Below, in pieces: positions 26,456-35,385 of a stretch of 35,894 nt of DNA. Made by a program: the position numbers and the translations under genes. The notes beneath the pieces are model-generated. The model was given only the letters and a program-made list of their open reading frames with translations. It had not been told where the DNA came from and did no database searches. Position 1 is the first letter of the stretch. Each line of letters starts with the position of its first letter. The stretch comes from a virus (taxonomy: Duplodnaviria; Heunggongvirae; Uroviricota; Caudoviricetes), in the IMG/VR virus record IMGVR_UViG_3300031521_000016, positions 1 through 35,894 of that record; one strand, given 5' to 3'.

Positions 26456-27057
26456 AATGTGTAAAGAATAGTAGGTGAATTTTTTTGAATATCTGGTACT
26501 TTTGCAGGAGCTATTTTTTCCTCTAACATTCTATTGAACTTTTCAGGATGGAATGCAGTAGAAATAATGTGACAACCATTCTTGCTTGGAACTATTGCAA
26601 CTATTCTTCCTCTTGATTCTATGTGAAGTTCTTTAAGTGTATCGATCACTAGATCTATAAAGGGCAAATGTTCAGGGTCCATATCTATTACCCATTTCTT
26701 TTCTGATTCAGATGGATAATTACCACAAGTAGTAGTATATGCATTTTGTACAGATGCATATTGTCCCTTCCTCATATATTCTACAATGGTTTGAATGGTC
26801 ATCAATGCAATTAGCTTAGCATCGAGTCTGTTCAAATTGATATATGCTCTTGCATTATGTAATGTACAATCCTCTACTATTTTATGTCGAATTTTCTCCA
26901 AGTCTTCTTTACAAAAGATGTAGTAGACATTTATAGTTTTGGAATTTTTAGACATTTCAGGATTCTCTTTACGTCTCTTTAATATTTGAATAAAGTAGAA
27001 CGTATCGATAACTGAGAAGTCGAGTAATGATGAAATTAATGAGAAATTATCTGTCAT
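26452..27057 (-). CDS. putative AEP (primase/polymerase-fold) protein
   Basis: ATG at 27057; WVIDMD (DxD) and PSKNGCHII (sxH) resemble AEP motifs I and II. Confidence 0.5.
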   Translation of the reverse strand: MTDNFSLISSLLDFSVIDTFYFIQILKRRKENPEMSKNSKTINVYYIFCKEDLEKIRHKIVEDCTLHNARAYINLNRLDAKLIALMTIQTIVEYMRKGQYASVQNAYTTTCGNYPSESEKKWVIDMDPEHLPFIDLVIDTLKELHIESRGRIVAIVPSKNGCHIISTAFHPEKFNRMLEEKIAPAKVPDIQKNSPTILYTL

Positions 27058-27320
27058 AACGCATATTCTTTTACTTTGTCCCAAATAAACCAAGCCTTGA
27101 TACGGTCATCAGTCGGTGAATTAAATGCAGCGAATTCATTTTTGTCATATGCATAACCTGCTGCCGCAAACATTACATTATCTACTACACAAACAAGATT
27201 TTCTTGAAATGTGTCTGGCTTTCTGATCTGTACAGCACCATCTTCTACTAGCGCAATACATTTTTCACTGTATGAAGAACCTAGAGGTCGTTTACTTGTT
27301 TGATTAATATACTTTCCCAT
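27054..27320 (-). CDS. phage hypothetical protein
   Basis: LVCVVDNVMFAAAGYAYDKNEF. Confidence 0.75.
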   Translation of the reverse strand: MGKYINQTSKRPLGSSYSEKCIALVEDGAVQIRKPDTFQENLVCVVDNVMFAAAGYAYDKNEFAAFNSPTDDRIKAWFIWDKVKEYAL

Positions 27321-27334
27321 TTATTTTATTTTTA

Positions 27335-27350
27335 ATGATATACAAATATA
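27335..27350 (-). promoter_or_regulatory. possible -7 element (variant promoter)
   Basis: TATATTTGTATATCAT fits TAnnTTTG; no matching -33 box. Confidence 0.4.
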
Positions 27351-27354
27351 ACAC

Positions 27355-27385
27355 AAAAAAGGTGACATAATAAAATGCCACCTTT
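27355..27385 (-). terminator. intrinsic terminator
   Basis: AAAGGTGGCAT-TTTATT-ATGTCACCTTT followed by a T tract. Confidence 0.8.
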
Positions 27386-27409
27386 AAATCATTCAGCGAA
27401 ATGATTTTT

Positions 27410-28261
27410 TTATTCTATTTTATCTCCACAAACAGGACAGAATTTCCATGTTTGTTTCTTTATTTTTGCTCCACAGTTAGTGCAATGTTTATTCAATTCT
27501 TTTATTTCGACTGGTTTAGCAGAAATAGGAAGAATTTTTATCTCTAATCTTTCATCATAGAAAGAGTTGAAATTGCCATCTGAATATGAAAAGGATTGTG
27601 ATGATTTATCACCTTGAGCTATTCTACCAGTCTCTTTTACATTTTCAGATAATAGTTGACAATCTGCAAGATTAGCATTATTAGATGAAGTGTATGAGTA
27701 TAATGCAGAAGTAGTATCTGATACATAACTTGTAGAAGTTGTAATAGAAGATACTCCTATACAACCTGGTCCGCCCATAGTTCCTGATACTCCTATATTA
27801 CCAGGGACGTTTGAAGTCCAAGGGATAGTGTAAACATCAGGTGATCCTAACACTCCACCTGAGTTTGGTGATCCGTATATGGTACGATAGTTAGTAGATA
27901 ATAATTGTAGATTCAAAATGTTTTCTTTATAGAAGAAAACTTCAACTTTACCGTTGTTCTTTGTAGCATTTGCAGCTGCTTTTGAATCTTCAATTTCGTA
28001 TACATCAAATGTAAACTTCTTGTCTACATCTATGAAACGTTCGAGATATTCTCTACGGCCAGGACGTATAATTATACCTGACTCTGAAATGAAATTACCA
28101 TTAATCGATATTTTTGCTAGAACTGGTACTCCGTGTGGATTAAACAGTTCTATTTCGAAATTTTGGCCATTCTTTAGGTAGACTGAATCATTATATGATT
28201 TAATTCTACCTCTTTTTACTGTGATATTGGCTGTGCATCTAGCACTTGCATAAGTATTCAT
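27410..28261 (-). CDS. phage protein with C-terminal zinc ribbon
   Basis: Beta-rich N-domain (VYLKNGQNFEIELFNP), Ser/Gly/Thr linker, CTNCG...FCPVCG. Confidence 0.8.
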   Translation of the reverse strand: MNTYASARCTANITVKRGRIKSYNDSVYLKNGQNFEIELFNPHGVPVLAKISINGNFISESGIIIRPGRREYLERFIDVDKKFTFDVYEIEDSKAAANATKNNGKVEVFFYKENILNLQLLSTNYRTIYGSPNSGGVLGSPDVYTIPWTSNVPGNIGVSGTMGGPGCIGVSSITTSTSYVSDTTSALYSYTSSNNANLADCQLLSENVKETGRIAQGDKSSQSFSYSDGNFNSFYDERLEIKILPISAKPVEIKELNKHCTNCGAKIKKQTWKFCPVCGDKIE

Positions 28262-28394
28262 TGCGATTTTGTTTTTTTGTTTTCCAATTTACTTGAGTCC
28301 ATTTGAACTCTCGAAGGGCTGATACCTGAAACTGAAATTCCGCTGTATGATTCTACTATTTTAGTGTATGATAATAAATAGTTCTGATAACGCA

Positions 28395-28426
28395 AAGGTC
28401 GGTGAAATTCTTGTTTCACCGACCTT
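28395..28426 (-). terminator. 13-bp perfect hairpin overlapping the stop of 28416..28715
   Basis: AAGGTCGGTGAAA-CAAGAA-TTTCACCGACCTT, weak T tract. Confidence 0.6.
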
Positions 28427-28715
28427 CGAAGCTCATATCTCCTAATTTTGGTAGTATGAGTGTAACACCTAATTTTTCTGCTACCCACTGCAAGACGTAG
28501 CTATTATCTACTCCCCAGTTTGTATAAACTGATTTGTCCATAAGCAACCTACCTGTTTGGATAACTTTATATCCTATCTCAGCTTCGGCTTGGCCTCTCA
28601 ATTCATATTGAATCCAAATTGTTTCATCTTCAAGTGAAAATGGTTCAGTTATAACGTTTAATAGTGTAGCTGTACCAAGAGATAATGGAAAAATAACGGG
28701 TTCTATTTCTATCAT
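28416..28715 (-). CDS. small phage protein, possibly virion/tail-associated
   Basis: G.L.M...Y..WG.DN.Y...WVA.KLG.T pattern recalled from small genes near phage tail-fibre loci; unverified. Confidence 0.55.
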   Translation of the reverse strand: MIEIEPVIFPLSLGTATLLNVITEPFSLEDETIWIQYELRGQAEAEIGYKVIQTGRLLMDKSVYTNWGVDNSYVLQWVAEKLGVTLILPKLGDMSFEGR

Positions 28716-28718
28716 ATC

Positions 28719-28735
28719 TTTTTCTTCTATATATT
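28719..28735 (-). promoter_or_regulatory. class II upstream motif
   Basis: AATATATA-G-AAGAAAAA before ATG 28715. Confidence 0.5.
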
Positions 28736-29114
28736 AAAGAAAAAGTAATTTATATGAATAAAATAAAATGACGTAATGTAATACTTGATCAAAACCTATG
28801 CTTACGAAGAAATCATGGGTTCTTTTTTGCTTCCAAAGTGAGGAATTTACCCTACTCGTAACATAATCAATTCCAGTATGTGTAACAAATTGTATGATAC
28901 TGAATAATAGAGGTGTATACCAATATTGTGCACCCATCATTCTATAATGTCCAGACATTATTTCTACTCCAACAAACATTAGCAATGAATATGTTAATGT
29001 ATGCTTAATGAGGTTTTTCGTGTCGAAGCTTTTAGTAGATTGCCATTCTGATTTCTGAATTACGAAATCTGCGATCCAGTGGATAAAAATGAGAAGTAAA
29101 AGATTTTCGATCAT
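28734..29114 (-). CDS. DUF3307-family membrane protein
   Basis: HWIADFVIQ, KH...Y, H..ID, GFDQVLH. Confidence 0.8.
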   Translation of the reverse strand: MIENLLLLIFIHWIADFVIQKSEWQSTKSFDTKNLIKHTLTYSLLMFVGVEIMSGHYRMMGAQYWYTPLLFSIIQFVTHTGIDYVTSRVNSSLWKQKRTHDFFVSIGFDQVLHYVILFYSYKLLFL

Positions 29115-29743
29115 ATTTTTGTATCATTTAGATTTGTCAAGTCATATACTTCAATATCTTTCATAATTTCAAGGATATCATCTACGTGATAAGGCTTAAG
29201 GCCGTTACCACACATTCCACAGTCCATTCTTTTTCCCAGCCCAAATCTTTTGTCACCTTTTAGATGTTGATGACCATGAAGCATAATTGTTCCGGTTCTC
29301 ATATCGTTCCATGAAAGTATAGGGTAGTGGCTTAGCACAAATCTACCTTTTCCTTCAATTATAAGTTCTTCGTAATCTGAAACATGTTTAAATAGATGAC
29401 TGTAATATTTACGTATATGATGATCATGATTACCGAATATTAGAATTATATTCTTACAGTTAATCTGATTTCTGAATTCTTCTACTTTTTCTTTTCCGCC
29501 AAATGACCAGTCTCCAAGATGGATAAGAATGTCATCTTCCATTACTACGTCATTAATATTATTAATGATAGCAGCATTCATGGCGACTAGATCAGGATAT
29601 GGTCTAGTAGACCATTCATGAACATGAAAAACACCATTATCGTCTGTTGATCCCCAGCTACTAACACCTCTGCATATATTCTTATGCATATAGTGAGTAT
29701 CACTTGTAAACCAGATATTTACATTGGGTTTAAGCTTTATCAT
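29111..29743 (-). CDS. calcineurin-like metallophosphoesterase
   Basis: SDTH, LGD, GNHD, SHYP, HGHQH motifs. Confidence 0.92.
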   Translation of the reverse strand: MIKLKPNVNIWFTSDTHYMHKNICRGVSSWGSTDDNGVFHVHEWSTRPYPDLVAMNAAIINNINDVVMEDDILIHLGDWSFGGKEKVEEFRNQINCKNIILIFGNHDHHIRKYYSHLFKHVSDYEELIIEGKGRFVLSHYPILSWNDMRTGTIMLHGHQHLKGDKRFGLGKRMDCGMCGNGLKPYHVDDILEIMKDIEVYDLTNLNDTKI

Positions 29744-30395
29744 TTTCTAAATCTTTTTTAGGTGGAAGATGCATTTCCAGTCCTGTTTCTTCTAGTACAT
29801 ACTGAGAGGAAATAACTAAATCTCTTTTCATAAAGTCATACACTAGATGCATCTTTATCATAGCTATGGGATTATGCGATATAGCTATTATTTCTACGCC
29901 GTATTTCTTTGAAATATTGTAGAGCATATTATGAAAGTTACTCATATATGCTAAACTGAATCCCTTATCTACTTCATCGAATATCAACAGTGTCTTCCCA
30001 AGTACTATCTTGTCTTTAATTTTCTTCATGAAATTGTCAAACTGAATAAGTGATGACTCTCCATGTGAACTATTACGTGATCCAAAACCTCCCGAATTGA
30101 CATAATTTACAGCATCAAATGCTACCATAAAACTATTACCGTCATCTTTTACAGAATCATAGAAGAAGATTTTCTCATAGTCATGTTCTACAGTTATGTC
30201 ATCCATGAGTAGTCCAAAATATGAATCATTCAAGTTTTTTACTGCATCATTTCCGTGTTGTCCTCTTAATGCATGAAATAGAGATGATTTACCACAGCCA
30301 TTCTTACCAACAACCAAAGTTGGAAATAGTACAAAATCATATACATCTCCAGCTTTTAATTTGTTGAAATCGTTTTTAACAGTTATCTTCAGCAT
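29730..30395 (-). CDS. small ABC-type ATPase (non-transporter)
   Basis: GKNGCGKS, SHGE signature, LLIFDE, ISHN; no long coiled coil. Confidence 0.85.
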   Translation of the reverse strand: MLKITVKNDFNKLKAGDVYDFVLFPTLVVGKNGCGKSSLFHALRGQHGNDAVKNLNDSYFGLLMDDITVEHDYEKIFFYDSVKDDGNSFMVAFDAVNYVNSGGFGSRNSSHGESSLIQFDNFMKKIKDKIVLGKTLLIFDEVDKGFSLAYMSNFHNMLYNISKKYGVEIIAISHNPIAMIKMHLVYDFMKRDLVISSQYVLEETGLEMHLPPKKDLENDKA

Positions 30396-30661
30396 TTTTC
30401 CTGATCAGTTATCACCTTTTCTTGAGGTAAAATGGGTTTCTTTACGACTTTAGCTCGTTTCGGCTTAGTTTTCTTTCTACTATCTTTTATATCTTCGCGG
30501 ATAGATTCATCTGACTGTAAATGTTTATCAATTTCAGCATCAGAGAATTTAACAGATATCACATTCTTTTTGTATGTGGCCTTTAGTTCGAAAGATTCAG
30601 AAAATAGGACGTCTTTAACACATATTAAACGTAGAATTAGTTTAATGAGTAATTTTTTCAT
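30389..30661 (-). CDS. hypothetical protein
   Basis: ATG at 30661 (MKKLLIK). Confidence 0.65.
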   Translation of the reverse strand: MKKLLIKLILRLICVKDVLFSESFELKATYKKNVISVKFSDAEIDKHLQSDESIREDIKDSRKKTKPKRAKVVKKPILPQEKVITDQEKC

Positions 30662-30668
30662 TGATTGA

Positions 30669-31511
30669 TTATTTTTTATGCTTGTTGAGAACAAAGTATG
30701 GTTCGAGTATTTTAGTGAGTGCTGTAATTAGTTCTTCAGTCGTATCATTTTTTATAATATGATCGAACTTATCGTAATCATCTAATGAGACTTCAGATTC
30801 ATGAACTAAAGTTTTCCAGATATCATTATTGAATCTTTTAATCCAAGATCGAAAAGGTAGAACTTCAATCTTCATATCTACCGAATCGGCAAGAAAAAAT
30901 AATTTTTCTTGAGCTACGATATAATTTTGGTATTCTGCATACAAGCCAGGCCAACGTTGTTCAATTGGTCTTTCTAATCTGATAAGTATACTGTTTCGTT
31001 TCTTGATTGCTTCAGCTTCATTAGGAAATCTAAGATCAGTTATGATCCAATTCGGATACTTATTTTCCTTTTCATATTCAATCATTGTAGCATTTATCCA
31101 AATGCTTGGATGAACTATATTTCTACCTGCATTTGTACCAATTAATTGCATCAAATTGCGAGGCGTCAGCATTTCATATTCTATTGTCAAATCATTGTAT
31201 GCGATATTGTCGATATCGGCGTATCCGTATAACTCACAATACTTTTTTACTTCATCATACGTAGAAAAAATCATTTTTCCATTATCGCATAATTGTACTT
31301 TCCATACTTCCCATTCTTTTCCTAGAGGAGTATTTTTGAATGTGATATTTTCTAATTGCAGTCTTGTACAACCAATTAGAAGACATACGATGTCTTTTAC
31401 TTTATCTGCAAATTTTACTATTTTCCAATTATGGTTTGGGAGCAGTTTTTTTATTTCTTCTGCTGAAAAATCTTTGCCGGATTGTTGTTTACCCGAAATT
31501 GCTATTATCAT
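30669..31511 (-). CDS. deoxynucleoside monophosphate kinase (T4 gp1-like)
   Basis: IAISGKQQSGKD, FADKVK, TPRNLMQLIGT, IITDLRFPNE, HESE. Confidence 0.9.
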   Translation of the reverse strand: MIIAISGKQQSGKDFSAEEIKKLLPNHNWKIVKFADKVKDIVCLLIGCTRLQLENITFKNTPLGKEWEVWKVQLCDNGKMIFSTYDEVKKYCELYGYADIDNIAYNDLTIEYEMLTPRNLMQLIGTNAGRNIVHPSIWINATMIEYEKENKYPNWIITDLRFPNEAEAIKKRNSILIRLERPIEQRWPGLYAEYQNYIVAQEKLFFLADSVDMKIEVLPFRSWIKRFNNDIWKTLVHESEVSLDDYDKFDHIIKNDTTEELITALTKILEPYFVLNKHKK

Positions 31512-31514
31512 ACT

Positions 31515-31730
31515 TTATAGTCTATTTACGAAACGATATAATTCAAACTCAGAACGTGATAGCCCTAAATTCAATTCATTTTGAAATTCATCAAGTGAAA
31601 AAACTTTCCCTTGATCATATGCCATCTGTTCAAATATATCGTCTGAACATGATAGCCAATATTCTTTATCGTGCCTTTTCTTTATTTCAGCTCTAGAAAT
31701 ATCTACAGCTAAGAGTAAAATATCGTTCAT
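31515..31730 (-). CDS. hypothetical protein
   Basis: 71 aa, ATGA-coupled. Confidence 0.7.
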   Translation of the reverse strand: MNDILLLAVDISRAEIKKRHDKEYWLSCSDDIFEQMAYDQGKVFSLDEFQNELNLGLSRSEFELYRFVNRL

Positions 31731-31999
31731 TTATTGTCTCTGTTTTTTCCTAAGTGATATCCATCACAGTATACACATTTGTATACTGAGAAGTGTTTAT
31801 TTTGTTTACGCTTCATACTATCTGCAGCCTTTTCTGCAGTAGCTCTAGTATTATACATGACTTTCAGTTTTCCATCTTCTCGTTGATGACTTCTTTTACT
31901 GAACATTCCCAATGCATTACCAGTTACGATGAAATTGACAAAAGCCCGCTTTATAGGTCCTTGATCTTTAAGCGCAATATATAAGTTTCTAAGTTTCAT
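31727..31999 (-). CDS. small basic protein with C-terminal CxxC..H
   Basis: YKCVYCDGYHLG. Confidence 0.75.
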   Translation of the reverse strand: MKLRNLYIALKDQGPIKRAFVNFIVTGNALGMFSKRSHQREDGKLKVMYNTRATAEKAADSMKRKQNKHFSVYKCVYCDGYHLGKNRDNK

Positions 32000-32008
32000 A
32001 AGCTAAAA

Positions 32009-32148
32009 TGAGCCACTATAATCAGTGTAATTAATTTGATAGAAGTTTGACAAGCGAAGTGTGAGGTTTGATATCTTGAATTTTAAACTTTAACTTCAGT
32101 ATCGATATCTTGTCATAAATGTTCAATTACAATAAGAATAGTGGCTCA
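32009..32148 (-). ncRNA. candidate structured RNA (four nested helices)
   Basis: Pairs 32009-19/32138-48 (11 bp), 32026-32/32125-31 (7 bp), 32048-54/32109-15 (7 bp), 32056-60/32093-97 (5 bp). Confidence 0.65.
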
Positions 32149-32156
32149 AGTGAGGT

Positions 32157-32585
32157 TTAAATTTCAGTAGTCAAGTTGTGCATATCTAACTCATCTTGAA
32201 GAGCACCGATTTCGTCTTCTAAGAGAGTGATACGTTCCTTAATGTCTTTTGCATTAAGTTCCACTTCTTTCATTTGTGCTACTGAACTGTAATGTCCGTA
32301 GACTTTACCTTCTTCAGTAGAAATTGCACGAAGTTCTTTAACGTAATTTTTATATTCAGACAATAAGAAGATTTTGCCGTATACTGGAGCATTTGCTACG
32401 TGAATTTTAGATTTTAATTCTGCTAGTTCAGCAGCTTTAGTCTTAGCTTCATCTAGCGAAGCTTCAACACTAAAATGTCTTACGTTTCCTACTTCTATAG
32501 AATTGTTTAGACGGGCTACTTCATATAGTCCATTAAGTTCTTCTATTAATTTGTTTTTTAGTTTTAATGCTTGTTTTACGTTCAT
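32157..32585 (-). CDS. DIP1984-like helical protein
   Basis: MNVKQAL..K..L...N...EL.ELK.KI..AN...LQDELD.HN.TTEI resembles the DIP1984 family pattern (recalled). Confidence 0.6.
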   Translation of the reverse strand: MNVKQALKLKNKLIEELNGLYEVARLNNSIEVGNVRHFSVEASLDEAKTKAAELAELKSKIHVANAPVYGKIFLLSEYKNYVKELRAISTEEGKVYGHYSSVAQMKEVELNAKDIKERITLLEDEIGALQDELDMHNLTTEI

Positions 32586-32627
32586 GATAATATTTGAGTA
32601 TTGAATTAGATTTTAAAATAACAAAAA

Positions 32628-32879
32628 TTAGTCTTGGTATAAAATTTCTATGATTTCATTTGGAGTAATTTTATGACCATATTTAGCTTCAAATTCTTGT
32701 AATACGATTGTTTCTGTAGCTTTTAGTTCAGCTAATTGAGTCTTCAATGAACTGATATTATCAGTTGATTCTTGCATTTGTTTTTCAGCTTTTCCAATCT
32801 CTTTCGATATAGTTGAATATGTGTCAATTATATTCTGTATACGTGCTCTAAATTCAGGGTCTAAGTTTCTTCTGTCCAT
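32628..32879 (-). CDS. small coiled-coil protein
   Basis: 83 aa heptad pattern. Confidence 0.7.
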   Translation of the reverse strand: MDRRNLDPEFRARIQNIIDTYSTISKEIGKAEKQMQESTDNISSLKTQLAELKATETIVLQEFEAKYGHKITPNEIIEILYQD

Positions 32880-33190
32880 TCTAATAAGTATATAAGTTCT
32901 GCTAATGTGTAAATTTCTTGATTACTTTCTAGTATTGATCGCCATATCGTATACATATCTATTGCATCTGAGTCAGTAGAAACGTACATTTTATCTTTGA
33001 TATAAATCATAGCTTCCATTTTCGAAAACTCTTTATCTAGCTGATCACTTTCTTCATAACCAAATATATCGTGTGGCTCTTTCCATGGAATTTCAATTTT
33101 GAACTCTCCTTTTGTCAATGTTAATGAAGCTTCTTGATCGAATTTTAATACAGGTTCGATCTTTCTTGAACCATTCGTCAAACCATTCAT
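32861..33190 (-). CDS. hypothetical protein
   Basis: 109 aa ORF. Confidence 0.65.
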   Translation of the reverse strand: MNGLTNGSRKIEPVLKFDQEASLTLTKGEFKIEIPWKEPHDIFGYEESDQLDKEFSKMEAMIYIKDKMYVSTDSDAIDMYTIWRSILESNQEIYTLAELIYLLEWTEET

Positions 33191-33226
33191 CAGATATCTG
33201 ATTGGCCATATCCTGTATGTGACTGT

Positions 33227-33433
33227 TCATATATTAAACTTTTCTATGATTCTTGAATGATAAACTTTTGCCATCTGTTTAGATTCTCTTAAGACTTGTT
33301 TCAGATGATTATGTGGGCAGTCATTGCATGGATCATCTGCGTCGCATCCAGCTATACTCTCCATGTCACATAATGCAACAATACCCCACTCAAACCAATA
33401 TACAGGTGTGAGTTTATGTTCTATTCTATCCAT
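33227..33433 (-). CDS. hypothetical Cys-containing protein
   Basis: 68 aa; C...C...C..CPH. Confidence 0.6.
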   Translation of the reverse strand: MDRIEHKLTPVYWFEWGIVALCDMESIAGCDADDPCNDCPHNHLKQVLRESKQMAKVYHSRIIEKFNI

Positions 33434-34430
33434 GTTGTAATGTTTTCAAAATTTCTAGAAACTTCTTAGAAGAAGTTCCGTCTCCGTATGGACATGCATA
33501 GTTTATATCAAAAGTTAATATATGCGTGTCAAAAGAAGATTTCAGATCATTTACTAAAAATGAACTTTTACCCAATGATTCTTCTCTTTCGGTCGAAGTT
33601 CTACAAACTAAACATTTTTTATTTAGAAAGCTACACTCTTCTTGTATACCACCTGAATCTGTAATAACAAGCTTACACTGAACTAGAATGTCTAACAAGT
33701 CTTTATGCGAAAGTGGATCTATGACATTTACTTTCTTAAAAATACTAGCATGCTTGCGTATTTCAGGACTTGGATGCATAGGAAAGATAAATTCTAACTG
33801 CGGATAGTCATTAGCTAAATCCTCAATTTCTGCACATAAGAATTTGAATACTCTTTGATTTTCTCTTCTATGTAAAGTTATAAGTACTTTATTGTCATAT
33901 ACACATTTGTCTTTATACGGTAGAAGATTATCTATACTAGTATTCCCGATTACGTATGCTGATCCTTTAATCCTTTCCCTTTTGAGATTAGATAAATTAG
34001 CTTCAGTAGGACATAAATGAATGTTAGTGATATGCGATATCATTCTTCTGTATGGTTCTTCAGGCCATGGAGTAGTTGTATATGTACGTAAGCCAGCTTC
34101 TAGATGTATCACATTTATTCCATTATTAAAAGCAGATAACGCAACTGCAAATGCCGATGCCGTATCACCTTGTACTAAAATATGATCAATTTTATGTTCG
34201 CTTTGTATTACATCTATAAAATTTGAACTTACTATTTTACCGATGATACTATCTAATCGATTATTGATAGATGCTTTATAATCGATTCTATAATCATATC
34301 TGAAATCAGCTAGTGTTGTATGTTGATTAGTATGTAAGATTTTAAATGGATAGTTTGATTTTTCTAATAAGTCAATTATTGGTGATATCTTTAAAAATTC
34401 TGGACGGGTACCGTATGTAAGGAGGATCAT
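33426..34430 (-). CDS. wecB: UDP-N-acetylglucosamine 2-epimerase (non-hydrolysing)
   Basis: GTRPE, QGDT, HLEAGLRT, PEE..R, GNT.ID, TLHRREN, TDSGGIQEE. Confidence 0.95.
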   Translation of the reverse strand: MILLTYGTRPEFLKISPIIDLLEKSNYPFKILHTNQHTTLADFRYDYRIDYKASINNRLDSIIGKIVSSNFIDVIQSEHKIDHILVQGDTASAFAVALSAFNNGINVIHLEAGLRTYTTTPWPEEPYRRMISHITNIHLCPTEANLSNLKRERIKGSAYVIGNTSIDNLLPYKDKCVYDNKVLITLHRRENQRVFKFLCAEIEDLANDYPQLEFIFPMHPSPEIRKHASIFKKVNVIDPLSHKDLLDILVQCKLVITDSGGIQEECSFLNKKCLVCRTSTEREESLGKSSFLVNDLKSSFDTHILTFDINYACPYGDGTSSKKFLEILKTLQHG

Positions 34431-35383
34431 TTGAAAATAGTTTTAGTTAAAGATTGAATTTGGACAAAATATTGTCTTGCAGCTTCAATTGTCTGACTAC
34501 AAGGAACAATTTGCTTAAGTCCATGAAAATTATTTGTGATGAAATGATCAGTTCTCAAATTGTCTGCTAAATCTCTTGCTTTCTCTATAGAATCTGGCCA
34601 AGACAACATACTTCTATTAAATTCGAATTTTGAAGCTGTGTCGGACATGCGTTGATCATGTCCTCTTTTCACATAGACTAAATCTTTCATAGCATAATAC
34701 TTGAGACCTAGATACTCACATTTGCCTAAGAATTCTAAATCATCTCCTTTTGACATTTCAACACGAAGTCGTGAGTGATCAATTTTAAGTACAGATGATT
34801 TTCTTAGAGCAAATGGCAAAGATATGATTTGAATATTATCTCTAGAACAATGTACTATCGATGTATAGGGCATACCGTTCAATTCATGTGTATTGAACCT
34901 AAATTTTGTATGATTGTCATTAAAGTATGGCGCCCAAAAGTTGGTACATATTAACTCTTGTGGATATTTAGCTTCTATGAATCGTTCTACATTTCCATTA
35001 TTATCGATCATTACAGATGAACCGTACATGAAGTCTAAATTTGAATACTGTACGAATTTATCCACATATTTCTCTATTGCATCAGGTAAAAGTACATCAT
35101 CAGAATCAGGAAAGAAAAGGATTTCACCATCCGCAAAAAGATGCGAAATCCATTTCATTCTGAATATTCGAGTAGGGTCATCGCAATAAAAATACTTGAC
35201 TGTTCGTTTCGAAATTCGTTCGAATTCTTTTATGATAAGCTTTGTATTATCGTCTGACCCGTCATCGAGTATGTAAAGATCAAACTTTCTATACGTTTGA
35301 TCTAAAAGTGATGTGAAAAATTCCGTTATGTATTGTCCCATATTCCATGTAGGAACTATGATTGATACAAGAGGCTGATTCAT
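34427..35383 (-). CDS. GT2-family glycosyltransferase
   Basis: VSIIVPTWN, ILDDGSDD, FPDSDD (DxD), EDL-like GDD. Confidence 0.92.
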   Translation of the reverse strand: MNQPLVSIIVPTWNMGQYITEFFTSLLDQTYRKFDLYILDDGSDDNTKLIIKEFERISKRTVKYFYCDDPTRIFRMKWISHLFADGEILFFPDSDDVLLPDAIEKYVDKFVQYSNLDFMYGSSVMIDNNGNVERFIEAKYPQELICTNFWAPYFNDNHTKFRFNTHELNGMPYTSIVHCSRDNIQIISLPFALRKSSVLKIDHSRLRVEMSKGDDLEFLGKCEYLGLKYYAMKDLVYVKRGHDQRMSDTASKFEFNRSMLSWPDSIEKARDLADNLRTDHFITNNFHGLKQIVPCSQTIEAARQYFVQIQSLTKTIFK

Positions 35384-35385
35384 AG

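Noticed and set aside
28258-28488. 76-aa ORF MGSRKIRC...
   Set aside because: It overlaps 28416..28715 by 73 nt, runs through a strong hairpin and a leader-like region, and has no protein features
29111-30395. SbcCD/Mre11-Rad50 pair
   Set aside because: The ATPase is only 221 aa, with no long coiled coil or zinc hook
33189-33202. Perfect 14-bp palindrome ATCAGATATCTGAT
   Set aside because: Single AT-rich occurrence with no second copy or cognate regulator; plausible by chance
1485-35189. About 25 short plus-strand ORFs, and a few nested minus-strand ORFs (9205..9480, 16695..16961, 18124..18327), in the track
   Set aside because: They lie antisense to or inside well-supported genes, have no motifs, and show shadow-frame composition
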